A stretch of DNA of 64,000 nucleotides from Candidatus Pacearchaeota archaeon (GTDB lineage: Archaea; Nanobdellota; Nanobdellia; Pacearchaeales; GW2011-AR1): NCBI GenBank assembly GCA_016866995.1, contig VGKQ01000003.1:118-64117 (forward strand), given 5' to 3'. The position numbers and the translations under genes are program-made. Within the stretch, counting starts at the first letter, position 1, and each line of letters begins with the position of its first letter. The notes beneath the pieces were generated by a model. It searched no databases and was not told the origin of the DNA. It worked only from the letters and a program-made list of their open reading frames with translations. This document shows positions 18,937 to 28,339 of this stretch, one piece after another.

Positions 18937-19302
18937 ATGATTGGAGATTATGGTAAGGCAGCGGAAATAGTTGAAATGATTCAAGGAAGAGTGAACACAA
19001 GTGCTCTTGAGGAAATTAAATTATCTTTAAGTTCTGGTACTAACATGACACGACTACGGAGACTATTTACAACAGAGCTTCCAAGGGGTATTTTTTATAG
19101 TTATACCACCAAATCTGGGGAAAGCAGAAGAGGCGAGTGGATTGAATGTGAATCTCTTCTTGGTCCATTATCTGTTAATGCATGGGAAAGGGCAACAAGA
19201 GTTGCAAGATTAGTTGCATTACATTATGCCTCAGAAAGAGTTTGGGTATTGCTAGAGAATATACCTTCTCCTGTTGCTGAGTATCTTGAACCTAGAAAAT
19301 AA
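18937..19302 (+). CDS. hypothetical protein
   Basis: ORF 18880-19302. The ATG giving MIGDYGKAAE is preferred. No family recognised. Confidence 0.45.
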   Translation: MIGDYGKAAEIVEMIQGRVNTSALEEIKLSLSSGTNMTRLRRLFTTELPRGIFYSYTTKSGESRRGEWIECESLLGPLSVNAWERATRVARLVALHYASERVWVLLENIPSPVAEYLEPRK

Positions 19303-19304
19303 AC

Positions 19305-19634
19305 TCAGCTTAAATCAAGAATTGTCTGAGCAATATCTCCATTATTTTCTTTTAATTTTTGAATTATCTTGTTTTTGTCTTTTATGCCTGTTTTTTCCTG
19401 TATCATTTTTATGTCATCTTCTTTTATTTTTTCTTCTCTGCTTTCTTCTTTTATATCTCCTGAAATCTGAAATTGCTCCTGTCCCTGCATATTTACTTTT
19501 ATTATGCTTGGGTTTTCTATTATTATGTTTTTTTCTTCTTGCTCAATTATAACTCTTTCTGCTGGAATATTTTCCTGCTTTATTCCCATCTGCTTCATCA
19601 TGCTTTGTATTTTCTTTGGGTCTAGGTTGAACAT
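19305..19634 (-). CDS. nac: nascent polypeptide-associated complex protein (archaeal NAC) with C-terminal UBA
   Basis: MFNLDPKKIQSMMKQMGIKQENIPAERVII ... NAC domain, and C-terminal UBA-like IIQKLKENNGDIAQTILDL. Confidence 0.85.
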   Translation of the reverse strand: MFNLDPKKIQSMMKQMGIKQENIPAERVIIEQEEKNIIIENPSIIKVNMQGQEQFQISGDIKEESREEKIKEDDIKMIQEKTGIKDKNKIIQKLKENNGDIAQTILDLS

Positions 19635-19843
19635 ATTTTTCCAAGTTTTGATTGGTTTAAATATTTTCTGTTATTAATGCTTATTCTACCATGAGAATGC
19701 TTAAATTGTTTTTAAGATTAATGATTTGTATTAATAATATATCAAAGAATAAGCTAAGTACTGTTATTAATTTATAAAAATTTATTATTATAATTTACTT
19801 GTTTAATTATTTGCAACAATATTAAGATTAAGTTGTAAGTTAA

Positions 19844-20257
19844 TTAAGAGTAAACTGCTTTGGGCATTTGTCTGCAACCCATTCTTCTAAGAAGATAATT
19901 TATATTAGTATTGTTTTCTTCATTAAATCCTCTATCATAAGAAAATTGAGTTAATCTTTGAGCTAATTCTCTTAGGTTAGGCACTAGTTTCTTAGCAAGA
20001 GCTTCAATTGCTCTTTCATAATCTCTTTTTTGCATCATTCTACTTGCTGGCGCATCTGCATCCATGTGTTTTATGTTAATACCTGCCTCAAAACTTGCTT
20101 TCATCATTAAAGCAACTAATCTCTTTGATTTTGTATCAAGAGGAGTATTTCTTACTTTATCTGATAAATCTTCTTTTTTGTCTGCGCTAAAAAATGAGAT
20201 ATATGACATAAAAGTGTCTGGGATTTGGGGTTTATAAGGATTATTGTGATTATTCAA
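19844..20257 (-). CDS. hypothetical protein
   Basis: 137-aa ORF, no family recognised. Confidence 0.45.
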   Translation of the reverse strand: MNNHNNPYKPQIPDTFMSYISFFSADKKEDLSDKVRNTPLDTKSKRLVALMMKASFEAGINIKHMDADAPASRMMQKRDYERAIEALAKKLVPNLRELAQRLTQFSYDRGFNEENNTNINYLLRRMGCRQMPKAVYS

Positions 20258-20299
20258 GCAGTAACTTTAACAGGGAAAAAGATATTCAGAATTAAACAA

Positions 20300-20473
20300 T
20301 CAGCCTGTTGCAACGGGCCAGAAGATTTTAAGTGTAATAACAAAAATTATAATTAGAATTATGAATATAATTATATGGGTGGGCTTGAATTTTATCCTGC
20401 TGTCATATTCTTCATTATATCTCATCAGCCCGCCAAAACCCGCGGGCATGTTTATTCCTGTGTCTTTTGCCAT
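20300..20473 (-). CDS. secG: preprotein translocase subunit Sec61beta (archaeal SecG)
   Basis: 57-aa ORF below the track cutoff: MAKDTGINMPAGFGGLMRYNEEYDSRIKFKPTHIIIFIILIIIFVITLKIFWPVATG. It has the conserved G-G-L-M-R-Y motif followed by a single C-terminal TM helix. Confidence 0.75.
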   Translation of the reverse strand: MAKDTGINMPAGFGGLMRYNEEYDSRIKFKPTHIIIFIILIIIFVITLKIFWPVATG

Positions 20474-20480
20474 GATTTTC

Positions 20481-21059
20481 TTAATTAATTTGCTTATTTA
20501 AATTTTGTGATGACTCTATTTTGCATTTATCAATTAATTCTTGTGTTATCTCATGAAGCTCATCAACTTCATCTAATATCTCATTATGAACTGATGAAGG
20601 ATGATAATACAAATGCGTAATTATCCCATAATCTTTTGCCTTTTTTATTGCTGGAATAAAATCAGAATCCCCTGCTATTATTATTGCATGCTGAATTTGA
20701 TTTTCATAAGACATTGTTGCAATATCAAGAGACATAAGAACATCAATCATTTTTTGCTTGAATTGATTTCCTATTATCTGCAATTTACCAAGCTTTATTT
20801 CAAACCTGGGCAATCTCTTTAGCTTCGAGAGAAATTTTTGCACTCTTGCTTTCCTCTCTATGTCTTTTGGATTATTATTTTTAACAATTGGAAGGCATGT
20901 ATAAACATAAGTTCTTAATCTATTCAATTTTAAATCAGAGCAAATATTATCGCATAGTTTGAGATAATCAATCGTGGGATTATTAAATTGAGTTTTTGTT
21001 ATCTCTCCAAGATATCCTCTATCTATAAAAATTGCGCATTTTTCAGAAACATCACTCAT
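20481..21059 (-). CDS. NYN/LabA-like (PIN-related) domain protein, copy 1
   Basis: CAIFIDRGYL at the N-terminus and IIIAGDSDFIPAIKKAKDYG, the acidic signature of NYN/LabA nucleases. Confidence 0.7.
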   Translation of the reverse strand: MSDVSEKCAIFIDRGYLGEITKTQFNNPTIDYLKLCDNICSDLKLNRLRTYVYTCLPIVKNNNPKDIERKARVQKFLSKLKRLPRFEIKLGKLQIIGNQFKQKMIDVLMSLDIATMSYENQIQHAIIIAGDSDFIPAIKKAKDYGIITHLYYHPSSVHNEILDEVDELHEITQELIDKCKIESSQNLNKQIN

Positions 21060-21070
21060 TTTAAAAAGTT

Positions 21071-21100
21071 CCCGTTGTTCGGCTTGCGCTGATCAACGGG
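21071..21100 (-). promoter_or_regulatory. GC-rich palindrome/hairpin between a TATA-like box and the NYN copy 1 start
   Basis: cccgttgttcggc-ttgc-gctgatcaacggg. By hand this pairs as a 13-position stem with 1 mismatch and 1 G-T pair. It ends 11 nt upstream of the ATG. Confidence 0.5.
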
Positions 21101-21143
21101 GAATATAGTGAATATATTAAAATAAAGAAGTATTTAAGCTTTC

Positions 21144-21764
21144 CTATATTATCTCTTCTTGTCTTAATTTCTCTATCTGCTTTTTCCTTGTTTTATGTAT
21201 TCTTCCAAATCTCACGAGAATATAATTAAGTCTTCTCCAATAAATTTTTGGGAATAATTTTTGCAAATCTGCTTCTATTTTATGCGGGTTTTTATTTTTT
21301 GTCCATTTTAGAATTTGGGATAAGAATGCGAGATGAGTATCTACACCTATTGCAGGATGATTGTGAACTGCAAGAAAAACATTTGCTGTTTTTCTTCCTA
21401 CTCCGGGCAACTCGAGAAGTTTGTCAATATTATGGGGAATTTTGCCTCTGTATTTATTTTTTATTATTTTTGCTGTTTTTATTATGTTTTTTGATTTTGT
21501 CTTGTGGTAATTAACTTGATGAATAATTTTTCTTACATCTTTTAGCTTGGCTTTTACTAACTTGTTTAATGTTGGATATTTCTTGTACAAATTGCGAGAT
21601 ACTTGTATTGTTGTCTCATCTTTTGTCTGTGCTGAGAGAATTGTTGAGATTAAAACCTGCCATTCTTCTGTCCAGTCTGCTGCCAATAACATTGATTTAT
21701 CTGTGAGTTTTTCTATTGCTTTTAATTGTTTTATGGCTTTTCTTGTTTTTTGTTTCTGGTTCAT
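21144..21764 (-). CDS. nth: HhH-GPD DNA glycosylase (endonuclease III-like, no C-terminal Cys cluster visible)
   Basis: Helix-hairpin-helix LLELPGVGRKTANVFL followed by GVDTH. The C-terminus lacks the 4-Cys FeS loop. Confidence 0.7.
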   Translation of the reverse strand: MNQKQKTRKAIKQLKAIEKLTDKSMLLAADWTEEWQVLISTILSAQTKDETTIQVSRNLYKKYPTLNKLVKAKLKDVRKIIHQVNYHKTKSKNIIKTAKIIKNKYRGKIPHNIDKLLELPGVGRKTANVFLAVHNHPAIGVDTHLAFLSQILKWTKNKNPHKIEADLQKLFPKIYWRRLNYILVRFGRIHKTRKKQIEKLRQEEII

Positions 21765-22246
21765 CCTACTTCCTCAATTATTGCTTTAATTAAGGAGATA
21801 AATTCACGGGCATTGCTTAATGATTCTTGAGCATAAGGAAGATTGGCATTTGCATTTATATCATAAGTAAATCTCCCTCTTTTGCTTTTTTCTCCATAGA
21901 ATATTTTCAGCAAATAGTCTGCTTTTTCTGTTTCCTTGTCGTAAATTTCCAGAAGCTGTTTGCTTAAAATTCCAGAATCAACAAATTTCTTGAATTCTAG
22001 ATATGTTTTCTTATGCTCTTCTGGAGGGAAAGTTTCTATATATTTAAGAAGAAGATATGCTTTTGCTGTATAAAAAATTGAGTAATAGCATTGGGAGATT
22101 ACATTATTAAAGAATGTTCTTTCTGTTGGCAGTTTGAGAATTTTTTTAATCTCGTTGCTTGTTGAGATTTCAAAATTTGTTTTTGCAAGCAAGAGTTCAT
22201 TTTCTGCCCTTTCTAAATAAGACTTAATTCTGAAATCCATTTTCAA
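21761..22246 (-). CDS. HEPN domain protein
   Basis: Helical 161-aa protein with the SQCYYSIFYTAKAYLL ... EEHKKTY and KRGRFTYD pattern of PF05168-type HEPN. It overlaps both neighbours. Confidence 0.6.
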   Translation of the reverse strand: MKMDFRIKSYLERAENELLLAKTNFEISTSNEIKKILKLPTERTFFNNVISQCYYSIFYTAKAYLLLKYIETFPPEEHKKTYLEFKKFVDSGILSKQLLEIYDKETEKADYLLKIFYGEKSKRGRFTYDINANANLPYAQESLSNAREFISLIKAIIEEVG

Positions 22247-22832
22247 CTGCCTCTTTTAAAATTTCATAGTAGACATAAGCGTTTTTCAAAATTATATGAT
22301 TCTTGAATATTTCTTTTCCGTAATTTTCTTTTTTTTCAAGAAGCATTTCAAGAACATCCTTGTTGTTGAACACGAAGAGATGAACTTTTGGATGGAAGGT
22401 TAGAGTGAGATTTTCAATCAGCCTTTGAATTTCAATTGCTTTTTCAGTGTTTGGAATAACTATTATCAAGTCTAAATCAGAGGATTTTGTCTGTTTTGCT
22501 TTTGCATAACTTCCTGCAACTAAAATTAGATATTGGGAAATTTCTTTAATCTCCATTAGCTTGTTAAAATTCGGAAGATTTGAGTTTATTGCTTCCTGCT
22601 CGTCAATTAAAGAAAGATAGAGGATTGATTCCCTTGACAAAATGAGAGAGATGAGGTTTGTATTTCCAAGCTTTTCAATTTTCAGAATTTTTCTTTTTTC
22701 AAGCTTTTTGACTGATTCATACATTCTCTGATAAGATTTTTTAAGTTTTTTGGCTAGCTGGAGAATGCTAATTTTAAGAAAAATATTTCTTCTAAATAAA
22801 TTCAATATCTCGGTTTGGTTTTTTGTCAGCAT
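22224..22832 (-). CDS. minimal nucleotidyltransferase (MNT) with N-terminal wHTH
   Basis: LVAGSYAKAKQTKSSDLDLIIV is a G-S-x(n)-D-x-D signature. It lies upstream of and overlaps the HEPN gene. Confidence 0.65.
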   Translation of the reverse strand: MLTKNQTEILNLFRRNIFLKISILQLAKKLKKSYQRMYESVKKLEKRKILKIEKLGNTNLISLILSRESILYLSLIDEQEAINSNLPNFNKLMEIKEISQYLILVAGSYAKAKQTKSSDLDLIIVIPNTEKAIEIQRLIENLTLTFHPKVHLFVFNNKDVLEMLLEKKENYGKEIFKNHIILKNAYVYYEILKEAVENGFQN

Positions 22833-22980
22833 TTTATATTATCTCGTTAGTGAGATAATATTATCTCTATTTTGAGATATTTAAGGTTTTCGGTTTTTGT
22901 GGCTTTTATTTTTTAACTGGGAGATTGCGAGTTTTGATGTTTGTTTTAAGCTCATGAATTAAAAAAGAAAAATAAATATA

Positions 22981-24051
22981 TTAATCTTGCTTTCTTAACT
23001 TCCTTAATCTATCATGCCATTTTCTAATAATTTTTTCTGTTGCTTCCCAGCCAATACAAGCATCTGTTACTGAAACTCCATATTTAAGATTTTTTCTATC
23101 TTCTTCTGTTTCTGGGAATTTTTGTTTTCCTTCTTTTAAATTTGATTCAAGCATTATACCCATTATATCATCATTTCCAGAAAGAATTTGCTCAAGAACA
23201 TTATTAGAAACTTCTTCTTGTTTTTTATAATCTTTGCAAGAATTTCCATGGCTGCAATCAATAATAATGTTTTTTGGAATTTCTCTTGGTATTAATTTCA
23301 AGGCTTCTGTAACTTTTTCTTGTGTATAATTTGGAGTTCCATTTCCTCCTCTTAAAATTAGATGAGAGTATGGATTACTTTTTGTAACAATTTTGCTGGC
23401 TATTCCTTCTAAATTTATGCCGGGAAATACATTAGGGTTTCTTGCCACTTTTATTGCGCTAATTGCTGTTTGAATATCTCCCGCAGTTGTATTTTTAATT
23501 CCAACAGGCATTGATAATCCAGAAGCCATTTTTCTGTGATATTGAGCTTCAACTGTTCTTGCCCCTATTGCTGCCCAGCAAATAAAATCAGCTATGTATT
23601 GAGGAAAATCCAAGCTTACAAATTCTGCTGAAGTTGGAATTCCTATGTTTAAAACATCAAATAAGAATTTTCTTGATGTTTTTATTCCTTTTTCTATGTC
23701 ACAAGAATTATCTAAATCAGGGTCAATTATTAATCCGCCCCAACCAAACTCTGTTCTGGGTTTTTCTACATAAGTTCTCATAACTAAAAAAAGATTGTCT
23801 TTTGTTTCATCTGCTAATTTTCTTAATCTTGAAGCATATTCTAATCCTGCGTTTGTATCATGAATTGAGCAGGGTCCTGCTATAATTATTTTTCTTCTAT
23901 CTTTTCTATCTAAAATATCTTTTATGCTCTCTCTTGCTCTGATTAAGATTTCTCTGCTAAAATATTGATGGGGAATTTCTCCTATCATTTTTTTTGGTGA
24001 TGGAAGTTCAAAATATCTTTCAATATTTTCATCATAAATTTTTGCTGTCAT
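22981..24051 (-). CDS. aroG: 3-deoxy-7-phosphoheptulonate (DAHP) synthase, type I-alpha (AroG/F/H-like)
   Basis: Colinear with E. coli AroG as recalled: IIAGPCSIHD, EKPRTEFGWGGLIIDP, WAAIGARTVEAQYHRKMASGLSMPVGIKN, ILRGG, IIDCSHGNS. Confidence 0.85.
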   Translation of the reverse strand: MTAKIYDENIERYFELPSPKKMIGEIPHQYFSREILIRARESIKDILDRKDRRKIIIAGPCSIHDTNAGLEYASRLRKLADETKDNLFLVMRTYVEKPRTEFGWGGLIIDPDLDNSCDIEKGIKTSRKFLFDVLNIGIPTSAEFVSLDFPQYIADFICWAAIGARTVEAQYHRKMASGLSMPVGIKNTTAGDIQTAISAIKVARNPNVFPGINLEGIASKIVTKSNPYSHLILRGGNGTPNYTQEKVTEALKLIPREIPKNIIIDCSHGNSCKDYKKQEEVSNNVLEQILSGNDDIMGIMLESNLKEGKQKFPETEEDRKNLKYGVSVTDACIGWEATEKIIRKWHDRLRKLRKQD

Positions 24052-24392
24052 TTTTCATTGGGTAGGATAGGCTGCCTTAACTCTGCATCATATATCACAA
24101 CACCTTTAACAAATCTGCAATCTTTTATTTCGTCATAGAACTTTTCTTTTATATGCACTCTTAAATGAAGCAAGCCCTTAGTTGTAACTAATTCGGGTCT
24201 TAGATACCCAATTACATCATATAAATTTCCGCCTGCCCATTCCCAGTCAAGGTTTCTCTGATAAATATTTCCTGTTACTTTATCAGCAACTATTAATTGA
24301 AACTCACTTTTAGCCAGAGAGTTTACTCTATGAACTAAGCCAAGCTCGCCTGCTGATATTTCAATTTCTTTTCCTTCTAATGTTATTTTCAT
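24048..24392 (-). CDS. hypothetical protein translationally coupled to DAHP synthase
   Basis: Stop overlaps the aroG-like ATG. Start moved to the ATG giving MKITLEGKEIE. The N-terminal 31 aa of the track ORF look like AT-rich promoter sequence. Confidence 0.45.
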   Translation of the reverse strand: MKITLEGKEIEISAGELGLVHRVNSLAKSEFQLIVADKVTGNIYQRNLDWEWAGGNLYDVIGYLRPELVTTKGLLHLRVHIKEKFYDEIKDCRFVKGVVIYDAELRQPILPNEK

Positions 24393-24496
24393 TGTGAAAC
24401 TTAAAAGATGCTCACCTATATATTTATTATTGAATATTATACGAATAATAAGCAAAAAGTTTATAAATAGTTGAATATTATACAAAATATACTAAA

Positions 24497-24949
24497 ATGA
24501 AAGATATACAGCCAAAACTGATAAATTTGTTCAAGGAAGGATACTGCACTCCACAGATAGCAAGAATTGCAAAGAAGATTAAGGAGCCAAGCACAACAAT
24601 TCACTATAACATAAAAAAATTAGAGCAGGAAGGAAAAATTAAGACATACAAGGCTGTTTTTGACTATAAAAAAATTAATGAGGGGCATTGCACGTATATT
24701 TTTGTCAATCTAAGCAAGAAAAATTATGCAGAACCTGAAAAAATTGCTTCTGAAATTGCGAAAGACGAGAGAGTTGAGAGCATTGATGTTGTTACTGGAG
24801 ACTATGAATTGCTTATTAAATTAAGAACAAAAGATATTGATGAATATTATTCATTAATTAAAGAGTGGATAAAGAAATATGATTTTGAGAAAACAATTTC
24901 AACTACTTCATTAAAACAAATTAAATCAGAATTTGTTAATTTAGATTAA
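24497..24949 (+). CDS. Lrp/AsnC-family transcriptional regulator
   Basis: N-terminal HTH plus a C-terminal RAM-like domain (VESIDVVTGDYELLIKL). Confidence 0.7.
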   Translation: MKDIQPKLINLFKEGYCTPQIARIAKKIKEPSTTIHYNIKKLEQEGKIKTYKAVFDYKKINEGHCTYIFVNLSKKNYAEPEKIASEIAKDERVESIDVVTGDYELLIKLRTKDIDEYYSLIKEWIKKYDFEKTISTTSLKQIKSEFVNLD

Positions 24950-24979
24950 ATTTAAAAAGCAAAAACGCAAAAGAAAAAC

Positions 24980-27373
24980 ATGGCAGAACAAAAAGAAGAG
25001 AAGAAAGAACAGCAAAATGATGAATATAATTTTCATGAAGCAGAGCCCAGAATTCTCAAATTCTGGGAAAAAGAGAAAATCTATAAGTTTGACAGGGAAA
25101 AAGCCAAGAAAAAGGGAAAGATATATGCAATAGATACTCCTCCACCAACTGTTTCTGGGAAGATGCACATCGGACATGCATGTTCGTATTCTCAGCAGGA
25201 TTTTATTGCCAGATATCATAGGATGAAAGGAAACTCGGTTTTCTATCCATTTGGAACAGATGATAATGGACTGCCGACTGAGAGATTAGTTGAAAAATCT
25301 TACAAGATTAAAGCTAAAGATATGTCACGAGAAGAATTTATTAAATTATGCACTGATTTTTTGAAAAAAGAACTTCCAAAATTTATACAGGACTGGAAAA
25401 ATATAGGAATAAGCTGCGACTATGATATTTATTATTCAACTATTAATGAGCATTCAAGAAAAATTTCGCAGTGGAGTTTTTTAGACTTGTATAAGAAAGG
25501 GAGAGCTGAGAGAAGAGATGCGCCTGCAATGTGGTGTCCTGAATGTCAGACAGGTGTTTCGCAGGTAGAGATTAAGGATAAGGAACTTGAATCTGAATTT
25601 ATTTATCTTAAATTTTTTGTTGATAACAAGGAACTTGAAATTGCAACAACACGCCCGGAATTGCTGCCAGCTTGTGTTGCTGTTTTTTATCATCCTGGTG
25701 ACAAAAGATTTTCTAAATTAAAAAATAAGAAAGCAAAAGTTCCATTGTTTAATTTTTCTGTTCCGATTTTAGAGGATATCAGAGCAGACATGGAAAAAGG
25801 CACTGGCATTGTAATGTGCTGCACTTTTGGAGACCAGGTTGATATGGAGTGGCAGAAAGCTCACAACCTTGAAATTAAAGAGGCAATTTCAAGAGATGGG
25901 AAGATGACTGGCTTGGCTGGAAAGTATGCTGAAATTGGGATTAAAGAAGCGAGAAAAAAAATAATTTGTGATTTGGAAAAAGAAAATTTGATTGTTAAGA
26001 GAGAAAAGATAAAGCATTTTGTTAATGTGCACGAGAGATGCGACACTGAGATTGAATTTGTGAAGAGCAGGCAGTGGTTTATTCGCTATCTTGATTTGAG
26101 AGAGAAAATGCTGGAATGGGGCTCAAGTTTAAATTGGCATCCTTGTCATATGAAGCATAGGTATGGTAATTGGGTTAGGGGATTGCAGTGGGACTGGCTG
26201 ATTTCAAACCAGAGGCATTTTGGTGTTCCATTTCCTGTCTGGTATTGCAAAAAATGTTCTAAACTAATATTGGCAGATGAAAAAGATTTGCCTGTAAATC
26301 CATTGAAAGACAAGCCAAGAAAAAAATGTTCATGCGGTTCTGAAGAATTTATTCCAGAAAAAGATATTCTGAATACATGGTTCACAAGTTCCATGACGCC
26401 GCAGCTTTCAACATGGCTTGTTCCTGAGCTTAAGAATAAGTTATTTCCGATGTCTCTTCGCCCGCAGGCTCATGAGATTATTACATTCTGGCTTTTTAAC
26501 ACTGTTTTCAAGAGCAATATTCATTTTAACAAAAATCCGTGGAAAGATGTTATTATTTCTGGATTTGTGACATTAGAAGGAGAAAAAATGGCAAAATCAA
26601 AGGGAAATGTTATTGAACCACAACCTGTTCTTGAAAAATATGGTGCAGATGCTTTAAGATACTGGGCTTCTTCAAGCAAGCTTGGAGAGGATATGGATTA
26701 TCAGGAGAAAGAGCTTGTTGCAGGAAAAAAGTTTGTTACAAAAATCTGGAATGCTGCAAAATTCATTTCACAAAATCTTGATAACAAGAAACCAAAGAAA
26801 CTTGAAGAGACAGACAGATTATTCCTGGCAAGGTTAAACAAAACAATTGAACAAGCAACAGAAAGTTTTGAAAATTATGAATACTCAAGAGCCAGGCAAG
26901 AAACAATTGATTTTTTCTGGCATGTTTTCTGCGATAATTATCTTGAGATTGTGAAAAATAGAGTTTACCAAGGAACTCGGGAAGAAAAAGAGAGTGCATT
27001 TTTTACACTTTATTATTCTCTTCTTTCTGTATTAAAGATGACGGCTCCTTTTACTCCTTTTATCACAGAGGAAATTTATCAGAAATATTTCAAGAAATAT
27101 GAGAAAGATAAAAGCATACACTTGTCTTCCTGGGCTGAGAAAATGAAGATAAAAGAAAACAAGAATGATTCTGAAATTCTTGAGAATTTAATTTCTGTTC
27201 TTGGAAATGTGAGAATGGCAAAGAGCAGGGCTCAGAAATCAATGAAAGCTGAGATAATTTTAACTCTGGAGAAAGAGAAATTTGACAAATTAAAAAATTT
27301 GCTTTGGGATTTTAAATCTGTAGTTAATGCTCGCGAGATTAAGATTGGAAAATTTGATGTGAAGTTTATCTAA
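24980..27373 (+). CDS. valS: valyl-tRNA synthetase
   Basis: IDTPPPTVSGKMHIGHA (HIGH) and KMAKSKGN (KMSKS). Class Ia editing-type architecture, 797 aa. Confidence 0.85.
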   Translation: MAEQKEEKKEQQNDEYNFHEAEPRILKFWEKEKIYKFDREKAKKKGKIYAIDTPPPTVSGKMHIGHACSYSQQDFIARYHRMKGNSVFYPFGTDDNGLPTERLVEKSYKIKAKDMSREEFIKLCTDFLKKELPKFIQDWKNIGISCDYDIYYSTINEHSRKISQWSFLDLYKKGRAERRDAPAMWCPECQTGVSQVEIKDKELESEFIYLKFFVDNKELEIATTRPELLPACVAVFYHPGDKRFSKLKNKKAKVPLFNFSVPILEDIRADMEKGTGIVMCCTFGDQVDMEWQKAHNLEIKEAISRDGKMTGLAGKYAEIGIKEARKKIICDLEKENLIVKREKIKHFVNVHERCDTEIEFVKSRQWFIRYLDLREKMLEWGSSLNWHPCHMKHRYGNWVRGLQWDWLISNQRHFGVPFPVWYCKKCSKLILADEKDLPVNPLKDKPRKKCSCGSEEFIPEKDILNTWFTSSMTPQLSTWLVPELKNKLFPMSLRPQAHEIITFWLFNTVFKSNIHFNKNPWKDVIISGFVTLEGEKMAKSKGNVIEPQPVLEKYGADALRYWASSSKLGEDMDYQEKELVAGKKFVTKIWNAAKFISQNLDNKKPKKLEETDRLFLARLNKTIEQATESFENYEYSRARQETIDFFWHVFCDNYLEIVKNRVYQGTREEKESAFFTLYYSLLSVLKMTAPFTPFITEEIYQKYFKKYEKDKSIHLSSWAEKMKIKENKNDSEILENLISVLGNVRMAKSRAQKSMKAEIILTLEKEKFDKLKNLLWDFKSVVNAREIKIGKFDVKFI

Positions 27374-27377
27374 ATTC

Positions 27378-27842
27378 TTATAATCTTATTATTGGCTTGT
27401 ATAGAACATCTTCTGCCATTCTTCTTGCTCTTATGCTTATTTTTCCTTTTCCTGAATTTCTTTGCGCATCTGCCTGGTAACACGGCTTTCTTGTGCCATC
27501 ATGTTTTGATTTTATCTTGAAATCAGATATTCTCATTTGTTGATATTTTTCTATTTCTTCTTTCATTCTGTTAAAATACCATAAGCCGCATTCTAAAGTT
27601 AGAGAAGCTGGAATCCCTAAAACTAATCTTCCATATTTTGGGCTTGATTCGTGATGAGGCCAGGGTAATCCAATTAAGTATAATTTTTTCTTTCCATCAT
27701 GTTTTGCAAGATACTCAAGAACTTGCTTATGAGCTCCTGAGAATAATTCTGGCTTAGCTATTTTAAGAAGAAATTCATCCAAGGAAATCATGCATTCAGC
27801 ACAGTCAAGAACATGTTCTCTTGCTGCTTTTATTCTTTCCAA
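27378..27842 (-). CDS. hypothetical protein
   Basis: 154-aa ORF, no family recognised. Confidence 0.45.
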   Translation of the reverse strand: MERIKAAREHVLDCAECMISLDEFLLKIAKPELFSGAHKQVLEYLAKHDGKKKLYLIGLPWPHHESSPKYGRLVLGIPASLTLECGLWYFNRMKEEIEKYQQMRISDFKIKSKHDGTRKPCYQADAQRNSGKGKISIRARRMAEDVLYKPIIRL

Positions 27843-28339
27843 TTCATTTAATTTATGAATATATTCTGCTTAATTTTGAGTTTCTGGAATAGCTAAGTCT
27901 CTTTCCTCAAGGTTTATGTGTCTGCGCGGCATTTTACAATTTGCTATTTCTTAATTTACATTTTGAATTGTGAAATGTCATTGGCATTTTCTCTCTTTTT
28001 TTATTTAGAATTATAATCCTCTTTCTAATTGAGCTTGTGTTTTGAAACTTGATAAAATAGAAGAGATATGTTCAAGCCCTAATCTTTTTAGTTCGCTAGC
28101 TACATATTCTCTGCTTCTTGTTTCATGCAGTTCTCTTCCATTTGTTACATTTCTGCTTATATCCCAATCATATTTTGGTATCATTTTTTGATAAAATTCC
28201 AGAAATCCTACTCAAATTGGCTGGATTCTTTTTATTTTCTATAATTCTGCTTGTTTTGATGGTTTAAAAAGCTTTTGATTTTTTATTCGTTTTTTTAGAA
28301 AACGAAAGATTTAAATATTCGTTTTTTTATAATACTAAT

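Noticed and set aside
28011-28184. 57-aa minus-strand ORF (MIPKYDWDISRNVTNGRELHETRSREYVASELKRLGLEHISSILSSFKTQAQLERGL) in the 0.5-kb gap before the AAA ATPase gene.
   Set aside because: The composition is plausible, but no recognisable family or promoter evidence was found. It was left unannotated.
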